Source of the DNA: Camelus ferus
Taxonomy: Eukaryota
DNA length: 64,000 bases
Reading direction: 5' to 3'
Assembly (NCBI RefSeq): GCF_009834535.1
Contig: NC_045696.1
Location: 79,176,001 to 79,240,000, forward strand
Under the pieces are notes generated by a model that was not told the origin of the DNA, did not search any database, and worked only from the letters and a program-made list of their open reading frames with translations. This document shows positions 1-13,018 of this stretch, piece after piece. The translations under genes were made by a program, and so were the position numbers. How positions within the stretch are numbered: position 1 is the first letter of the stretch; each line of letters opens with the position of its first letter.

Positions 1-199
1 CTTTAGGGTTTAAAACTAGGAGGCCTCTAGGTTAATAAATTTCTCACCCATTGAGACCTGGAAGATGAGACAACAATATAATCCACCAACAATAATTAGC
101 ATTGTCAGGTGAATTCACTGCCCAATGTTGCAGACTGACTAAGTGAGTCTTAAAAGAGATTGTAAGGTCTAGGATGCCAGGGACTACACCTAGCATAGA

Positions 200-252
<53 letters not shown>
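200..252. repeat. (CA)n microsatellite, ~26 units with one interruption
   Basis: Directly visible CA run; explains the CVCVCV ORFs 44..397 and 190..474. Confidence 0.97.
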
Positions 253-255
<3 letters not shown>

Positions 256-2849
256 TCTTTTGAAGTAAACTTTGTTGAGGGAAAGGCCCAGGGCATAAGC
301 ATGCAATGGTTTTGTCTGGGAAAGTCCTATGATCCACAACATAGGCCCCTGGGAACCATTTATCAACAGAAGTACCCAGAAGGGAAAGCAAGACCAACAG
401 CTTGCTACCCTTGATAATGAGTCAAGCCCAGGGTTAAAATCAAGCTCACATTGCTTTTCTTTTCCAGGCGCCAAATGCCAGTGTCTGGCCTTTTTCTATA
501 TCTTAACGAGCCTCCTCCACTCCCCTCAATCAAACTTTTCTTGCCTTGAATCATTCCATAAGGACTTCCTGACTTAGTGACTCGCTAATGTAATAAAATG
601 CATATGCTAGTCATTTCTTGAAAATGAAGAACATTAATTTTGAGGGACGATGTCCTAATCTGAATGTGTGCCAGTAATGGAAGAATGACCCACTTCCCTG
701 TCCCCCTGATAGGAAGAGATACTTGGTGATAGTTGAGACAAATGGTGACTCTTAAGGCACTGGGTTTAAACTACTTGAGTCTGGCCAGATGATGTTACTA
801 CATTTTAACCTTCAGATACATTAATAAAGCTAAAAATATCTTTAGCCTGCCAATAGTTCCCATTAAAAATGTTTGTACAGGCATTAAAATTCTGTTAACA
901 GAATTCAAAATGAAAGAAAAATAATTATCATACAGTTCCATTCTTTCAACAAGCCAAAATGTTTTCATTTTTTCCCTGGTTCCTTCTGGTCGTTTACAAA
1001 CAGCATCTTTTTATTGCTTTGTTTTAAATATAATTTCAGTAATGACATCAGTCCTAGTTGTCCCTGGCTTTGCCAGCCCCACCAGAGTCACAGATATCTG
1101 CTACCAGGAGGCTGCATTCCTGCCTGGTTCCAGAGCCCACTCTGCCCTAGACAGGCTTCAGTCTCAACACAGGCAGGTGGCGTTATATTGGTGGGTGTAG
1201 AGTGATGGGGACAGAAATTATTCTTGTCCATTAAATATTTAAGCTATTTAAATTTTTATGTATAATAAATAACTCTGAATTCTTCTTAAGGAGCTCTTCC
1301 TTCATTTTGAATAATTCCTTTAGGATAATTTACCACAAGTGAGACTATGATTTTGTTGCTCTTCAAATATTATGAAAATTGCTTTCAAAAAGCATTTTTT
1401 GCTCCATCCCTAAGGGTCTGGGGAGGGGATGGAGGGCTGGCTTTGGAAACTGCAAAACTTCCCCGGGGTGTTATAATGCGCAGCCCTCGAAACGACCAGG
1501 TGATGAGGGTGGTGCTTTCACTGCAATCGAACTAGTCTTGGTATTAACATTTAAGTACTTAAAAAAAAAAAAAAAAAAACTTGGTAGCTACAAATAGTCC
1601 CTCAATCCCTTATTTTCATAGCTTTAACTGACATATAGTTATCAGTATTTCTACAGAATGTGCTGTTTTCTCCTTTTAGCTCTAGAGTGTGTTGAAAGGT
1701 GAAAGATAATTGAACCACTGTGAGTTACGTCTTCCCTAGGATACTCTGCTCTTCCAGTCACTCTCAACTCTTCACACAGGATAAGAAGAGAGAAAATGAT
1801 TCAGCTTGAGGGCAGAAATACAGGCACATGGAGAAGGAGAGTGTTTGCCCTTGACTCCAAAGAAATCCTCTGTGGAATCCTGGACTCTGGAAATACCATG
1901 AATGCACTGATTCCCTACCAACTGAAAGGGGCGATACATATTTTAAATTGTGCCTCAAAGTCAGAGGGTATCACCTGACATAACATTTCAATCTGAATAA
2001 CAAGCACTTGCTGCGGGGGGAGGGGGACCTTTACCCTTAAATACCCTTTCAGAAAGTGAAGCAAGAAATGCTGGTAGGGGCACTTCTTTATAATGAAGCA
2101 GAGCCACAGGCTTCGCGGGTTCTGAACCTTTCCTGCCTGCTGAGCCTGGCCAGGAATAAGTAGATATTTCATGCCACCAATTCTTTTTTAGGTTTTAATG
2201 ATGACTAGGCCCATATGATGGGAGAGACCTTGAACTGTTCCTACGGGTGAAAAATGCCAAAAGCTATAGGAGAAAATAGTTTACAATTTGCTTAATATTT
2301 GAGGTTTTCAAAGGCCTTTTCAAGCAGTTATTAATTAATCAAAGAGAGCTGTGGTAAAGTGGGCATTCTTAATATTTCATAAAAAGAATGGGAAAAAAGG
2401 GAAAGAAATGCAGTGTTACAGAAGAAGCAGTTTTGAAATAGCCCAAAGAAACAGCCACTGTTTTGGCTGTGTGTTGGGAATAATGAAAAATACAGTTATA
2501 ACTTGATCACAAATTTGTTTACAAAAAGCAGTAGTTTGTCTTGATAGATGGTCATGCAGCAATGCTCTGGAATTCTTCAGGGCGGGGTCATACCTCTTTT
2601 ATATTCCTAGAAGCTATCACAACTTAGGTACATGATAATTGTTATAAGGCGCTGAGTCTTACCAACACAGGTCATAAATGAGCTTACCAGGTGCTTACTA
2701 AGTTGAAAGTAGCAGAGATCAGATTTCAGTAGAGTAAGAAATAGTCAGTGAATTGGATACGGAAGACAAGAGATGGGAAGAATGATAATAGAAGACAGTA
2801 ATATGATCTCATTCAAAGAGCAAGCGTATGTGTTTATGGGCCCAGTCAA

Positions 2850-2945
2850 AGCTGGGTTCAAATTCTAACTACTGCTACTCACCGCGTTGCACAACCTTAA
2901 ACATGTTGCTTAAACTCTCCACTTTCAGGTCTCCTAATCTATAAC
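2850..2945 (+). mobile_element. MIR SINE core fragment
   Basis: ctgggttcaaattctaact...ttaaactctcc...ctcctaatctataa resembles the MIR core. Confidence 0.6.
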
Positions 2946-5899
2946 ACCCCTGGTAGCAGCTAGTGAGTAAATACAAGTTTCCTTCCCCCTCGAAATTAAA
3001 GAGAGTCATTTGGTTAGGGTTCTTCAGTAGTATTGGAATCAATGGCCCTCGTGTCCCTTCTCACTACAAGTGTTCCTTAATTCTACAATTTACTTATGTA
3101 GCTGAGCTCACTTTCCCTAGTATACCAAGGGGATACATTCCTTTGATTAATTTCAAGGATCACCCACAAACTGATAGATGAGATTTTATTTCCAGTCAGG
3201 CAAGAGTTCTCAGAACCTGCCAAGTCCTACTATGTCAGTGATGTCCATTTTACTTCAAGGAAAGGCTATGCACCAAAACTTCCTTGCAATGATAAAGGCA
3301 AATCTGCTAGAGAAAATGCTGCTGGATCTATGTCTTCTGTTATTTTTACCAAATATTTCTGTGCTCGCTTGAAATGTCCCAAGTGAGGTATTTCATATCG
3401 CATCCATCGTCACTGGCAGATCTGGTAATATAACTCGCAGCCAGCATCTAACAGGCCAGTGTATGCCCCAGGGCGGGCCACATGAGAGGTCTGTCTTCCT
3501 CTCTCTTAAAGATTTAGGACAGTGCTAGACCAGGAATAGGAAATGTCAGGAACGCAGTGCCCTCCCTTGAGGATGGAATATGTCCCTGATGGACCAGAGC
3601 TTTCTCTTACTGAACCAGCTTGAAGCCTTGGCATCCTACTTAACATATTGCTCTAAGCAGGCAGTACAAATTGGAGCTGGAAGTTCATATGAAATCTCTG
3701 GCTCTCCTTGCTCTAGACTCATTTTAACAATTGGGCTGAAGTTGCAAATTCAAACTGTGCAAAAATAGGATAAAGAAATATCAAGACATTTGTGCTGCCA
3801 TTCATCTGTAGAAAATTAATAGAATCTGGAACCTGTAGGAATAGACCTCAGCAGGCCTGAGGCCTCATCCTGCTGTGGAGATGGTCTGTCTGGGAAAGAG
3901 AGCTTAGGCAATGAGGCAAGCACGTAGGGAGATTCTGGAATTGTTACCAATTACTTGTATCAGGCAAGTAGCCAGAACTTGCTCTTATTGTCAGGAGGAG
4001 TCAAGGGGGTTCAGAACCCCATGAGACTAGAAAGGGGGTCTTTCCAAATCCTTGTAGGATGCTCATCTCAAGAATATGGTGGGAGCGGCAGCATCAGGGT
4101 ATTTCTGGGACCAGGAAAGCCAGGGCGGCTTGGCCTTCTCATTGGGAACACTGAGGTGTCTCCAGCTCTGTGCAGTCCACGTTGGTAAGCTGATCCTTCA
4201 TCTGCCTGAGTGGAGCTCAGTTTTGTCTGCATCTGCTGGCACTGTTCTGTCAAATCCTATCACCATCACTGTGCTGACTACCAAGCAGAGCCACGAATGC
4301 AAGTGGGTCTTTATGTGGTCAGATCTGGTCCTAAGCATCCCCTCCGGAAGCAGAAGTGATCCTGAAGAAGAAACAAAGTGGTGTGTCATCGACATCTTTC
4401 TCCAGCTGCCTTGCTGAGATAGAAACCCTCACTGGGCTTATATGTTCAGGGGTTTGTGCTTGCCTACTTGAAAGCTAAATGAAAAAAAAATGCTATCTAC
4501 TGACATATATACACAAGCATAGTCCATTTATGAAAAAAAGGCAGAAAAATTAGGCAAGATATATATATTTTTAAAAAGAGGTAAAAGTTAAAAAGAGAGA
4601 ATCAGGAGAGAAAGCAACTTGAAACGTTTGCAGTAGGGATGGCCTCTTACTCCTTCTGTGACTCCAGGGCTGGCACAAAGCCTTAAATGTATTAGCCCCG
4701 GAATAAATATTTGTTGGACTGAAGATGAACAGGAAAAAAACAGAGAGATAGGGAAGAGAGTCAGAAAAAAAAAATGAGAAGGGAAGATTTTCACACCTTT
4801 TTGTTTAAAAAAGGCCACACAATAATGAAATAATGTGTAGTGCCTAGAGGAACCCACAAGAATTTATATGTGGACTGAAAACCTCAGAAAGTTTGACTTT
4901 TCAAAAACCAGAATAGAATTGTCAGTCTAAAGTCACATAAGATGAATATATTACAAAGTTCTTAAAGTTCAAATTGTACTGTCGTATAGAAGACCTTCAA
5001 AAATTCTTGGAAAAGTAAATCTCTACTTCAAAAGTAAACTTTGTAGCTACTTGAAAATGGAAAAGGGGGAAAAAAAAAGAGAGAGAGAGAGTATTTCTCA
5101 GTCTCTGCTAAGGAAAAAAAGACTACAAGTATTTTAAAGCCAACTTCTAGAAGGCACATCAGGATTTGAAAGGATATAATAAAAGATCCCCTTACAGCTC
5201 TCTGAAATATATGACAGTATTTCAAGGAATTTGGCTGAGACTGACACTGACTCTCATTTGAGACTTTAAAATAAAAGACAAACTGTCCCAGCTTTCAGCA
5301 ACCGCTTCATTGTTTCCGAAGGTATATGCCCGCAGGTATAGTGTCCCATCTTCTCTCCTCTATCTTGTACCTCAAACACAACTGCCTTGATGAGGAAGGC
5401 TTGGCCTCACCGATAGATAACTCTTACTTTTTAATCACCTCTTCCCAATCTGAAGCTGCCATCTGTCCCTTCTAGAAAGGAGATATGAAAATGCAGTAGT
5501 AGAGAGTTTTACTTGTTAAAGAATTTGAAGAAACATTTTTATATTTTATGGAAATATTTTATACATGTTTTTAAATAGTCAAAGCCTAAAGGTTAAATCA
5601 TCTCTTATCATGCAGAAGCTTTTAAACATAAGTACATATGTGTCCTAAGGTAAAAGCTTCACCACCTGTCCAGGCCATGATTAATATTCACTATTCCATT
5701 TCCTTCACTTGTTCAGTCAGTAGCCAAGTCTGGTCTGCTCTGTACTCTCTCCAAACCATCCTTTTTTCCTTTGTAGGAATCTCTTTCCCTTAGATCTAAT
5801 CACCAGTCTCCTCGGTTGTTACAGATCTGATCTGATCAGGTCAGAGCCTCCTAAAAGCCCATCGATGTGGTGGTGTCCCTTTGTCCCCAGAATAAACTT

Positions 5900-6228
5900 C
5901 TTAGTAGAACAGGCAATGCCCTTCCTGACCTGACCTTTGTTAACTGAACAACTCTCTTCTCCGTGCTAAATTTCTCTAGACCTTTACATGTGCTATTCAC
6001 CCTGGGCAGAATGTCCAGATCTACTAAAGCTACATTAGGTGGCAAACCCAAGGGTTCTTACAGTATTTTCATCATGGCGCTAATTGCACAGTACATTATT
6101 TGTATTTATCTATCTTACCCTATGCAAGCTCTTCAGCACAAGTACTGAGTCACTTTTGTTTTGTTTCCAACACCAGAATGCTGTGTGGCACACAGTAGTC
6201 ATGAGACACATATTTGTTAAATAGATGC
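5900..6228 (+). mobile_element. L2 LINE 3' end fragment (ancient)
   Basis: tgtggcacacagtag...atatttgttaaatagatg matches the L2 3' terminus pattern. Confidence 0.55.
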
Positions 6229-9200
6229 TCCTGATACCATCTTTAGACTGGATGCTATGAGTTCACAAAACAGTTATAGTCTAATACAATTGCGTTCTCA
6301 GCTGACCCTGAAACCAGCCAGAATGCACCATTCCATGTCTATTCTAAGCTTACCTCAATGAAAAACAAATTAAAAAAGAGTGAGGCTATCTAGCCTGTTG
6401 AAAGAACCAATGGTCAAATAGTAAAATACAGTTGCTAAAGACTTGCCAGCTTAAAAACTGGGTTGAGTAGCCTAGATTACTCAAAGGTCATGTGTAAGAA
6501 TAAATGCAATCTTAAATTATTCCATCTTGTGAAAAGCAGGTTTATATAACTATTATAAAGTGCGGTTATATGAAATCAAGTTGACCTGTAAATTTGAGAT
6601 ATTACATTTTTCTTTATCCTTACACAGACCCTTTTTAAAAAGTCACACTTTCAGTGCCAAGAATCAGCTATTTCTACGCCAATCCTAAAATCCTCACCAG
6701 TCAAGGAGGACGGTGAAGACACAGGCTGGTCACATGTCCATCCCCATGGGAAGGCCTCCACCAAGGACAGGAGCTGAGATCACCTAAGTGGACTGTTTCA
6801 TGGACCCTGTCCAAGCGGAATAAGAAAACTGTGGGATTTGGAAAAGTTAAAGAAAAAGTATCCAAAGCTAAAAGAAGTTGGGATACGGGAGATGGCAGAA
6901 CAGGGGAAATTGGAAGGTTTCTCAAAAAAGTACGAGCATGTATTAGGATCATCAAATAACATTATTCAAGGGCTATCTGTGATAGCAACCAAATTTTGAA
7001 TGCCAAGCAAAGCGCAGACCTGTCATGATAAAATCTACACCAGAAGATCTGATTATTAGTTTTTATACTAGCTTGTCATTAAAATGACTTAAATATAAAG
7101 GCTGTATTTTAGACAAGTAAAATGTATCTGAACTTTCAATATATACTGTGTAATGTTGTGAGACAAATGGCTCCATCTCTAATACAGAAACTGCAATGTG
7201 TCCTTTGAATCCGGCTCAGAGTTCTTGAAGGGCAGTGCAGTGATTTGCCGAGATTCTCAAAATAAATCAATACAATTCCACAGCATTTTAAGGCCTATTC
7301 TGGAAAAAGAAATGAAGCCCCTTGTGTAAATTCAGATCATTTTCCAATTTAGTTTCCAAAATAAAATGATCAAATGAAAATGTCTTGAGTGCCATGAAGA
7401 GAGATACCACTATTTTATACTTCAGTTTTTGCAAAATAAAATCCTTTATCACTTTGTAGGGAATCTTAGAAATGAGGATCTCATTTACCTAAGTTTTATA
7501 TACAAAATATGCAAATCTTGAATAAGCAAAGTAAGAAATATTCTTTAGGGGGCAGCTAACAAAAAGAGTAAGCTCAAAATGAGATTGCAAACAGATTTAA
7601 GTGTGATTTTATATTATTCAAATCTAACATGCAATAAAGAAAAATGCCAAGCTGCTGAAAGAAAACATATTCTTTAAAAAAAAAATCACACAAACAACAA
7701 CAAAATCATACCAGCTTTGAAATATTCTGTTTCTGATTCTGCTTTTTAATTGTTGGTTCAGAAGCAAGTCTCTGTATTAATTGCGCTTCCTCCTTCCCCA
7801 CTGCCCGCACCGTGGTGGGCCACACACCACATGTGCACATCTCATAGAAAGCACATGCCCATGAACTCCTAATGTGTTGCCAGTCACAACGCCCAGCTGG
7901 AAAACTGGAAAAGGGTCTTTCTGGAGGGTGAGGGGAAATACATCTCTATTCCAGCTTTTGATAAGCTCATTGGCAATAACTGAATGTTTTAAAATTAGGT
8001 GGCCAGAAAGTCCTAAGAGGGCATTCTTATGTGCTCTGCTTGAACTCTGCACTGTTCTCCTTGAAGAACAGTTGCAAAAGACAGGAATTTTGAGGCAGAA
8101 GATTTAGCCTTAAAACAGGGCTCTGATAGTTATTGCTTTTGTGACTTTGAAATATTCACTTCAAAATTATCTAGTTTTCTCTGCTGCCATCTGGGCAATA
8201 TATCACACTTCCCCTATCAGTATAAAATGCTACGCAAATGATAATTAAACCTGAATTGTTCTACTGATTTACTAGGATTACTTTATTGGTCAAAATAAAC
8301 ATTGCCTTGTCTCAGTGTCAGTTCTATCTATGATATCTATGAATCTTTGCGCTTTGTCTGTCTGCCTTCCTCTGAAAGCCCGAAGACATCAAGATGGTTA
8401 GGGGTTTGGGTAGGTATTCCTAAGTAAATCTTGCCTCTTAAAAATGAGAAGCTAGACTCCCTCTTCTCCTCCCTCCATAGTTATGAAAAAGCTTACACAG
8501 GATAGGGATGGAAATAGAGTTATTCAAAACCACATTTAGTAATATATGAAAAGTACTCAAAAGCGATTCATGGGGAGAAACTGATTTTTTTTAAAAATCC
8601 ATCTTTATCTTCATTTAGTCAGGCTTAATTTGGAGATAATTACTTCTCTTCGTCTGGTTGGTTACCTGCACTTGCGTATAAGCAGGACAAACGACGCTGG
8701 GTTATAGCACATCTACAGTGCAACAGACGCACCCAAAGCTGTGGTCAGACGAAGATCCAGATTATCCCAATCATGTGATGCTCTTAGTATTAAACAAGGA
8801 AGTGACGCCAAAACAGAGCTAATAAAACTGTGGGCATATTTTAAAAATATGTTTGAGAAATCAATGTTTTTAGCATTTACTGAAAAAGGCTACAATATAA
8901 TTATGAGGTATCCTCTTTATTTCCTCTTGAGCATTGTCTTTCCTGACCTCTTTTTAATATTTCCAAAAAGCTCTGCCCTTCTATCCTGTCAGTTTAGTGT
9001 TTCAGTGAGGAGAGACCACAAGGAGTAGACGATCTACCAGCTGTAGAAGAGCCTTTGGCTGGAGACAACTGAGGGGAAAAAAAAAAAAGCTGAACGCGTA
9101 ATCTGTTAAGAACTCAGCTGCTTGCATATGCATCATTTTATTTCCTTGTTTACATGTTTCATAATTAACTTATGTAGCTCTTTGATATCCTTAAGAAAAT

Positions 9201-9280
9201 TGTTGATTTTGTTAATTTAACTCAAGTAAAGGAATGGAATTAAAACATCACATAAAAAGAAGTATAATTTAGTCTCTGCT

Positions 9281-9596
9281 TAAGCAACTTTTTTTCTATA
9301 AGCGAACGTACAGTAAATATTTTAGGCTTTACAAGGCATATATCCTCTGTCATAACTTCTCAACTCTGCTGTTACAGCCTGCAAGCAGCCATAAGGACAT
9401 GGAAAGGAAGGGGCATGGCTGTGTTCCAATAAGGCTTTGCTAATGGAAACTTAAACTTCATAGAATTTTTACATCACAAAATATTTTTCTTTTGATTTTC
9501 TCATTTAAAAAGCGTAAAAAGCATACTTAGCTCAGCTACCGTATAAATCAGGTGGTAGGTCACCTTTGGCCTTCCAGCTAGAGTGGGTAAGCCCTA
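9281..9596 (+). mobile_element. MER58B-like hAT-Charlie non-autonomous DNA transposon
   Basis: gtaaatattttaggcttt...caactctgc...gcagccata...ggcatggctgtgttccaataa is collinear with the recalled MER58B consensus. Confidence 0.8.
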
Positions 9597-10338
9597 ACTG
9601 AATCTAGCTGGTCTAGTTTAATGGGGAGCTGTAAAGCAGCGACCAAGTTTCACTTATGTTCCCAAATGAAGAGTTTCATAGGGGCTATATCTTTCAGGCT
9701 TACTTAAAATGTTTTTGTAAAAATGTTAAATAAAAGTAGTCTACTACTGTAAGTCACTCTAAAAAATATTTTTAACCAATTAGTTGGAAAAAATTTCAAT
9801 GTGTAATTTTAATCACAAAAATCATTAATGCAAAAAAAAATCATTAATGCAGACTCTATTCTGCCTCTCCATCAAGTTCAGCAAAATTTTGTTTATCTCA
9901 GATCATCCTTTAAGTTATTGAAGCTTATAAAGTCCTTCTTTGACTCTGCTAAAGTAATCAAAACCCACGGTTTGATGGAGACTGAAATGGGGGCAATGAA
10001 GAAGATAGAAGGAATGGAATTGGCTTCTTATCTATCTTTTTTTTTGCTAAAAGATTCAGAGATATAGATGTTTAGCATCCTCTCTCTAAACTGAATCATT
10101 TTAACACTTAATATTTTCACATAATAATATTATTTATGGAAACAATGAATTCCTTACCTCATTGGTCAAACTTGGTTTTTATTGTTACTATCATTTTATA
10201 CATCGTTAACTGCTTGAAAAAACAAAAAATAAGAAAAAAAACCCACAAGCACAACAACAAAAACAATTAACCAGTTCATTGGCTCCCCAGATCTAGCAGC
10301 TAACTGTATTGTTATAGGAAATGTAAATAACCTAATAC

Positions 10339-10544
10339 CAGGGGTATTCTGGTTAATACTTAAAACACTAGTTCTTCGGGGAGAAGAGCCCTGATTTGTA
10401 GCATTTGCTGATTTCCATAGTGTGAATATTCTCACTATGGACCATTTTAAACCACCAATTTGACATCTTTGAATGCAGAATTGGGAAGAGATGGATATAA
10501 TTGGTTTTTACAAGTCAGTATGAGCCACCTTCAGCACATCACTG
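10339..10544 (+). mobile_element. MER63A-like hAT DNA transposon
   Basis: gccctgatttgtagcatttgctgatttcc...ttgggaagagatg...cagcacatcactg; degenerate TIRs caggggtattctgg / tcagcacatcactg. Confidence 0.75.
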
Positions 10545-11825
10545 CTGGCTACTGTACTAAGTAACTTCAGTAACTTTTCTCCCTATGTCTAAAACAGAAA
10601 CTGAAAAGCAAAACTCCTTCCTATACTTACTTAAGCAAAATGCAAACCAAAAATGTACAATGAAATATAATTCTATAAATTCACAATTATAAAAATAAAA
10701 TCCTCTAAATGATTAAAAGACGGCAAAAGATTGGACTTAGAATACATCTTCAGGATAACTTACAAATAAAAGTCTTGACACATATCTTTAGTAAGGTTTA
10801 ACACTGTTACATGTAATGAAGGGATATCTAGCAGAAAAATGATCATTTATGTCAGTGGAAGCTAATTTATAAGAGAGAACCTTTCATCAGATATTTTTTT
10901 CTCTCAAATCATGGCAGATCAAGTATAATCTCAAAATGCATTTCTTTTATGTGTGGCTTTTAAATTCTTTTATCCCCTAATATTAACTTTTTACGGTACA
11001 CCATGGCTTTTATGAATGCGAATACAATCGATTGGAATGACTCGTGGTCTACAAGGGGCAAGACATACTATTCTATTAATATTGATTTTTAAGATGAGTG
11101 GTAGCTGTTCATTGCAAGGAGAGAAGAAATCTATGGCTTCTTTATAGAACTGAGTCCCTAAAGCTTTTCCAGTCCAGTGAACAAGACTTTCCTCTTATAA
11201 GATGTTTATTGTTTATCTTGCCTTCACTAGTTAGAGCAAAAATGCTTTAAGAGTTTTACATGTAAATGGGGGTATCAGTATGACATCATACCTAACGTAG
11301 CACAATGAGATCATGTAACTTCTCACCGGATTTAAGATGTACACTCTGAAAACAAAATCTCTTTATTAGGGTGAGCCATGCCTTGTAGTGACAGAGATTA
11401 TGCTTAGTAGCTCAATAACTCACCCAATCTTAGATATTCGTATTTGCATCCTAACTTCTAGGTTCTACAAAGCCACAGTGGGTGTCAGTAACGTGTTTAT
11501 TTAGTGACATATCTGTTGGAATTAAAAGGGGCAGCAAAAATATGGAAAAGTACTCTCTGAGGGAAGATACCAAATCTCACTCCCTCAATTTAACGTGGTG
11601 GTTAATTTAGGAAGATAGTAGGTGCTTAAAGATTTTATTACAAAGGCATCAAATTGCTACTCAGGTGATGATCCCTACCAGGACTGCCAGAAGGAAAAGC
11701 AGTGGAACTGAATCTTGGGAGATCATATTATGAGGCAAAATGTCCAGAAAGACAGTAAGAGTTTAAAAATATGTAAAAAACAGAAGAGTGAAAAATCGTG
11801 GGATCAGTGGAATAGAGTTTAAAGA

Positions 11826-12082
11826 AGAGGGTGGGAAGTGATAAATAGGGAGTTTGAGATTGGCAGATATTAACTAATATATATATAAAATAGATAAACA
11901 ACAAGTTTATACTGCACAGCACAGAGAACCATATTCAATATCTTGTAGTAACTTATGGTGAAAAAGAATATGAAGATGAATATATGTATGTTCCTATATG
12001 GCTGAAGTATCTTGCTGTACACCAGAAATTGACACAACATTATAAACTGATCATATTTCAATTAAAAATATATATATAAAAA
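11826..12082 (+). mobile_element. LINE-1 3' UTR fragment, artiodactyl-type
   Basis: atagataaacaacaag...tatactgcacagcacagagaacc...ctgtacaccagaaattgacacaacatt followed by an A/T tail; visibly related to the L1 3' UTR at 14420-14620. Confidence 0.85.
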
Positions 12083-12869
12083 GAAGGAAGTAGATAAATG
12101 CAAAAGAGAAGTAAGGTACTTGCTTCTGGAAGAAAGGACACTGGTTCTGACAAAGAATATCTTTGGCGACCCTGGAAACAGTATTTGGTAAGACATAAGA
12201 TGAGTTTATTGTGAAAATTTTATGGCATGTATTTACTAGTAGATTTGGGAATCAAAGCAGCTTGGGATTGCCAATTGACAGTCTAGTTCGAAGAAGGGAG
12301 GAAGGGAAGGAAAGTAGTATTTACTTGTGTGAAATGAGAATTGAGAGTCAATGTCCCTTGCTGGGGGAGAAAATAATTAGGTGAGGAGAGAGGGTGGGAG
12401 TCATGCTGGTTAAGAAGGCTGGATTGAGAGAGTTGGAGATTTCAGGGCCAAGAGACACCTTAAAACAATACATGCCAATGTCCACAGGATGAATGGGAAC
12501 TACAGTCAGAGGACGGAGTGAAAAGGATAATGAAAAGGCAGAAGTAATATCAGAGAATCCCTAATAGGGCCAACTTTGCTTCATATGCCTGTATTTTGTA
12601 AATTAAAGTGACATATGTCAAATAAGATCCTAAATACTAGGGAAGTAAAGTGCCTTCCTAGGGTGTGGGGAATTCACACAAGCAATCTCCAAACCCTGCT
12701 ACACTGAAGATATAAGTCTATCTAGTTCCTTCAGATACTCCACAACAGGGCACATGGAAGACTCAAAGGAGATAGCCTATTTCCCAGAACCGGGGAGACC
12801 TCTATTCTTCATACCATAAGGCTCTAGTTCTCAGAAGGACCAGTCTGACAATAATTATTGGGTTCTGTG

Positions 12870-13018
12870 TACAGTAGGCAGAATAATGCTCCCCAAAGAT
12901 GGCTGTGCCCTAATCCTAAGAACCTGTGAATATGCTACTTTCCATGGCAAAAGGAACTTTGCAGATGTTATATTCAGATGGGCCTAATATAATCACATTA
13001 GTTCTTAAAAGGACTGTG
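12870..13018 (+). mobile_element. MLT1D/E-type MaLR LTR, 5' part (split by L1)
   Basis: gtaggcagaataatg...cccaaagat...aacctgtgaatatg...catggcaaaaggaactttgcagatgt is the MLT1 5' end. Confidence 0.85.

Noticed and set aside
44..474. ORFs with CVCVCV tracts
   Set aside because: Translation of the (CA)n microsatellite
8666..8712. Isolated AG...GT-bounded minus-strand segment with a CAG|gtaacc donor
   Set aside because: Weak polypyrimidine tract, no partner exon and no recognisable peptide
9817..9851. Short tandem duplication of aaaaatcattaatgca (similar ones at 23201-23239 and 25431-25461)
   Set aside because: Ordinary slippage-type micro-duplications
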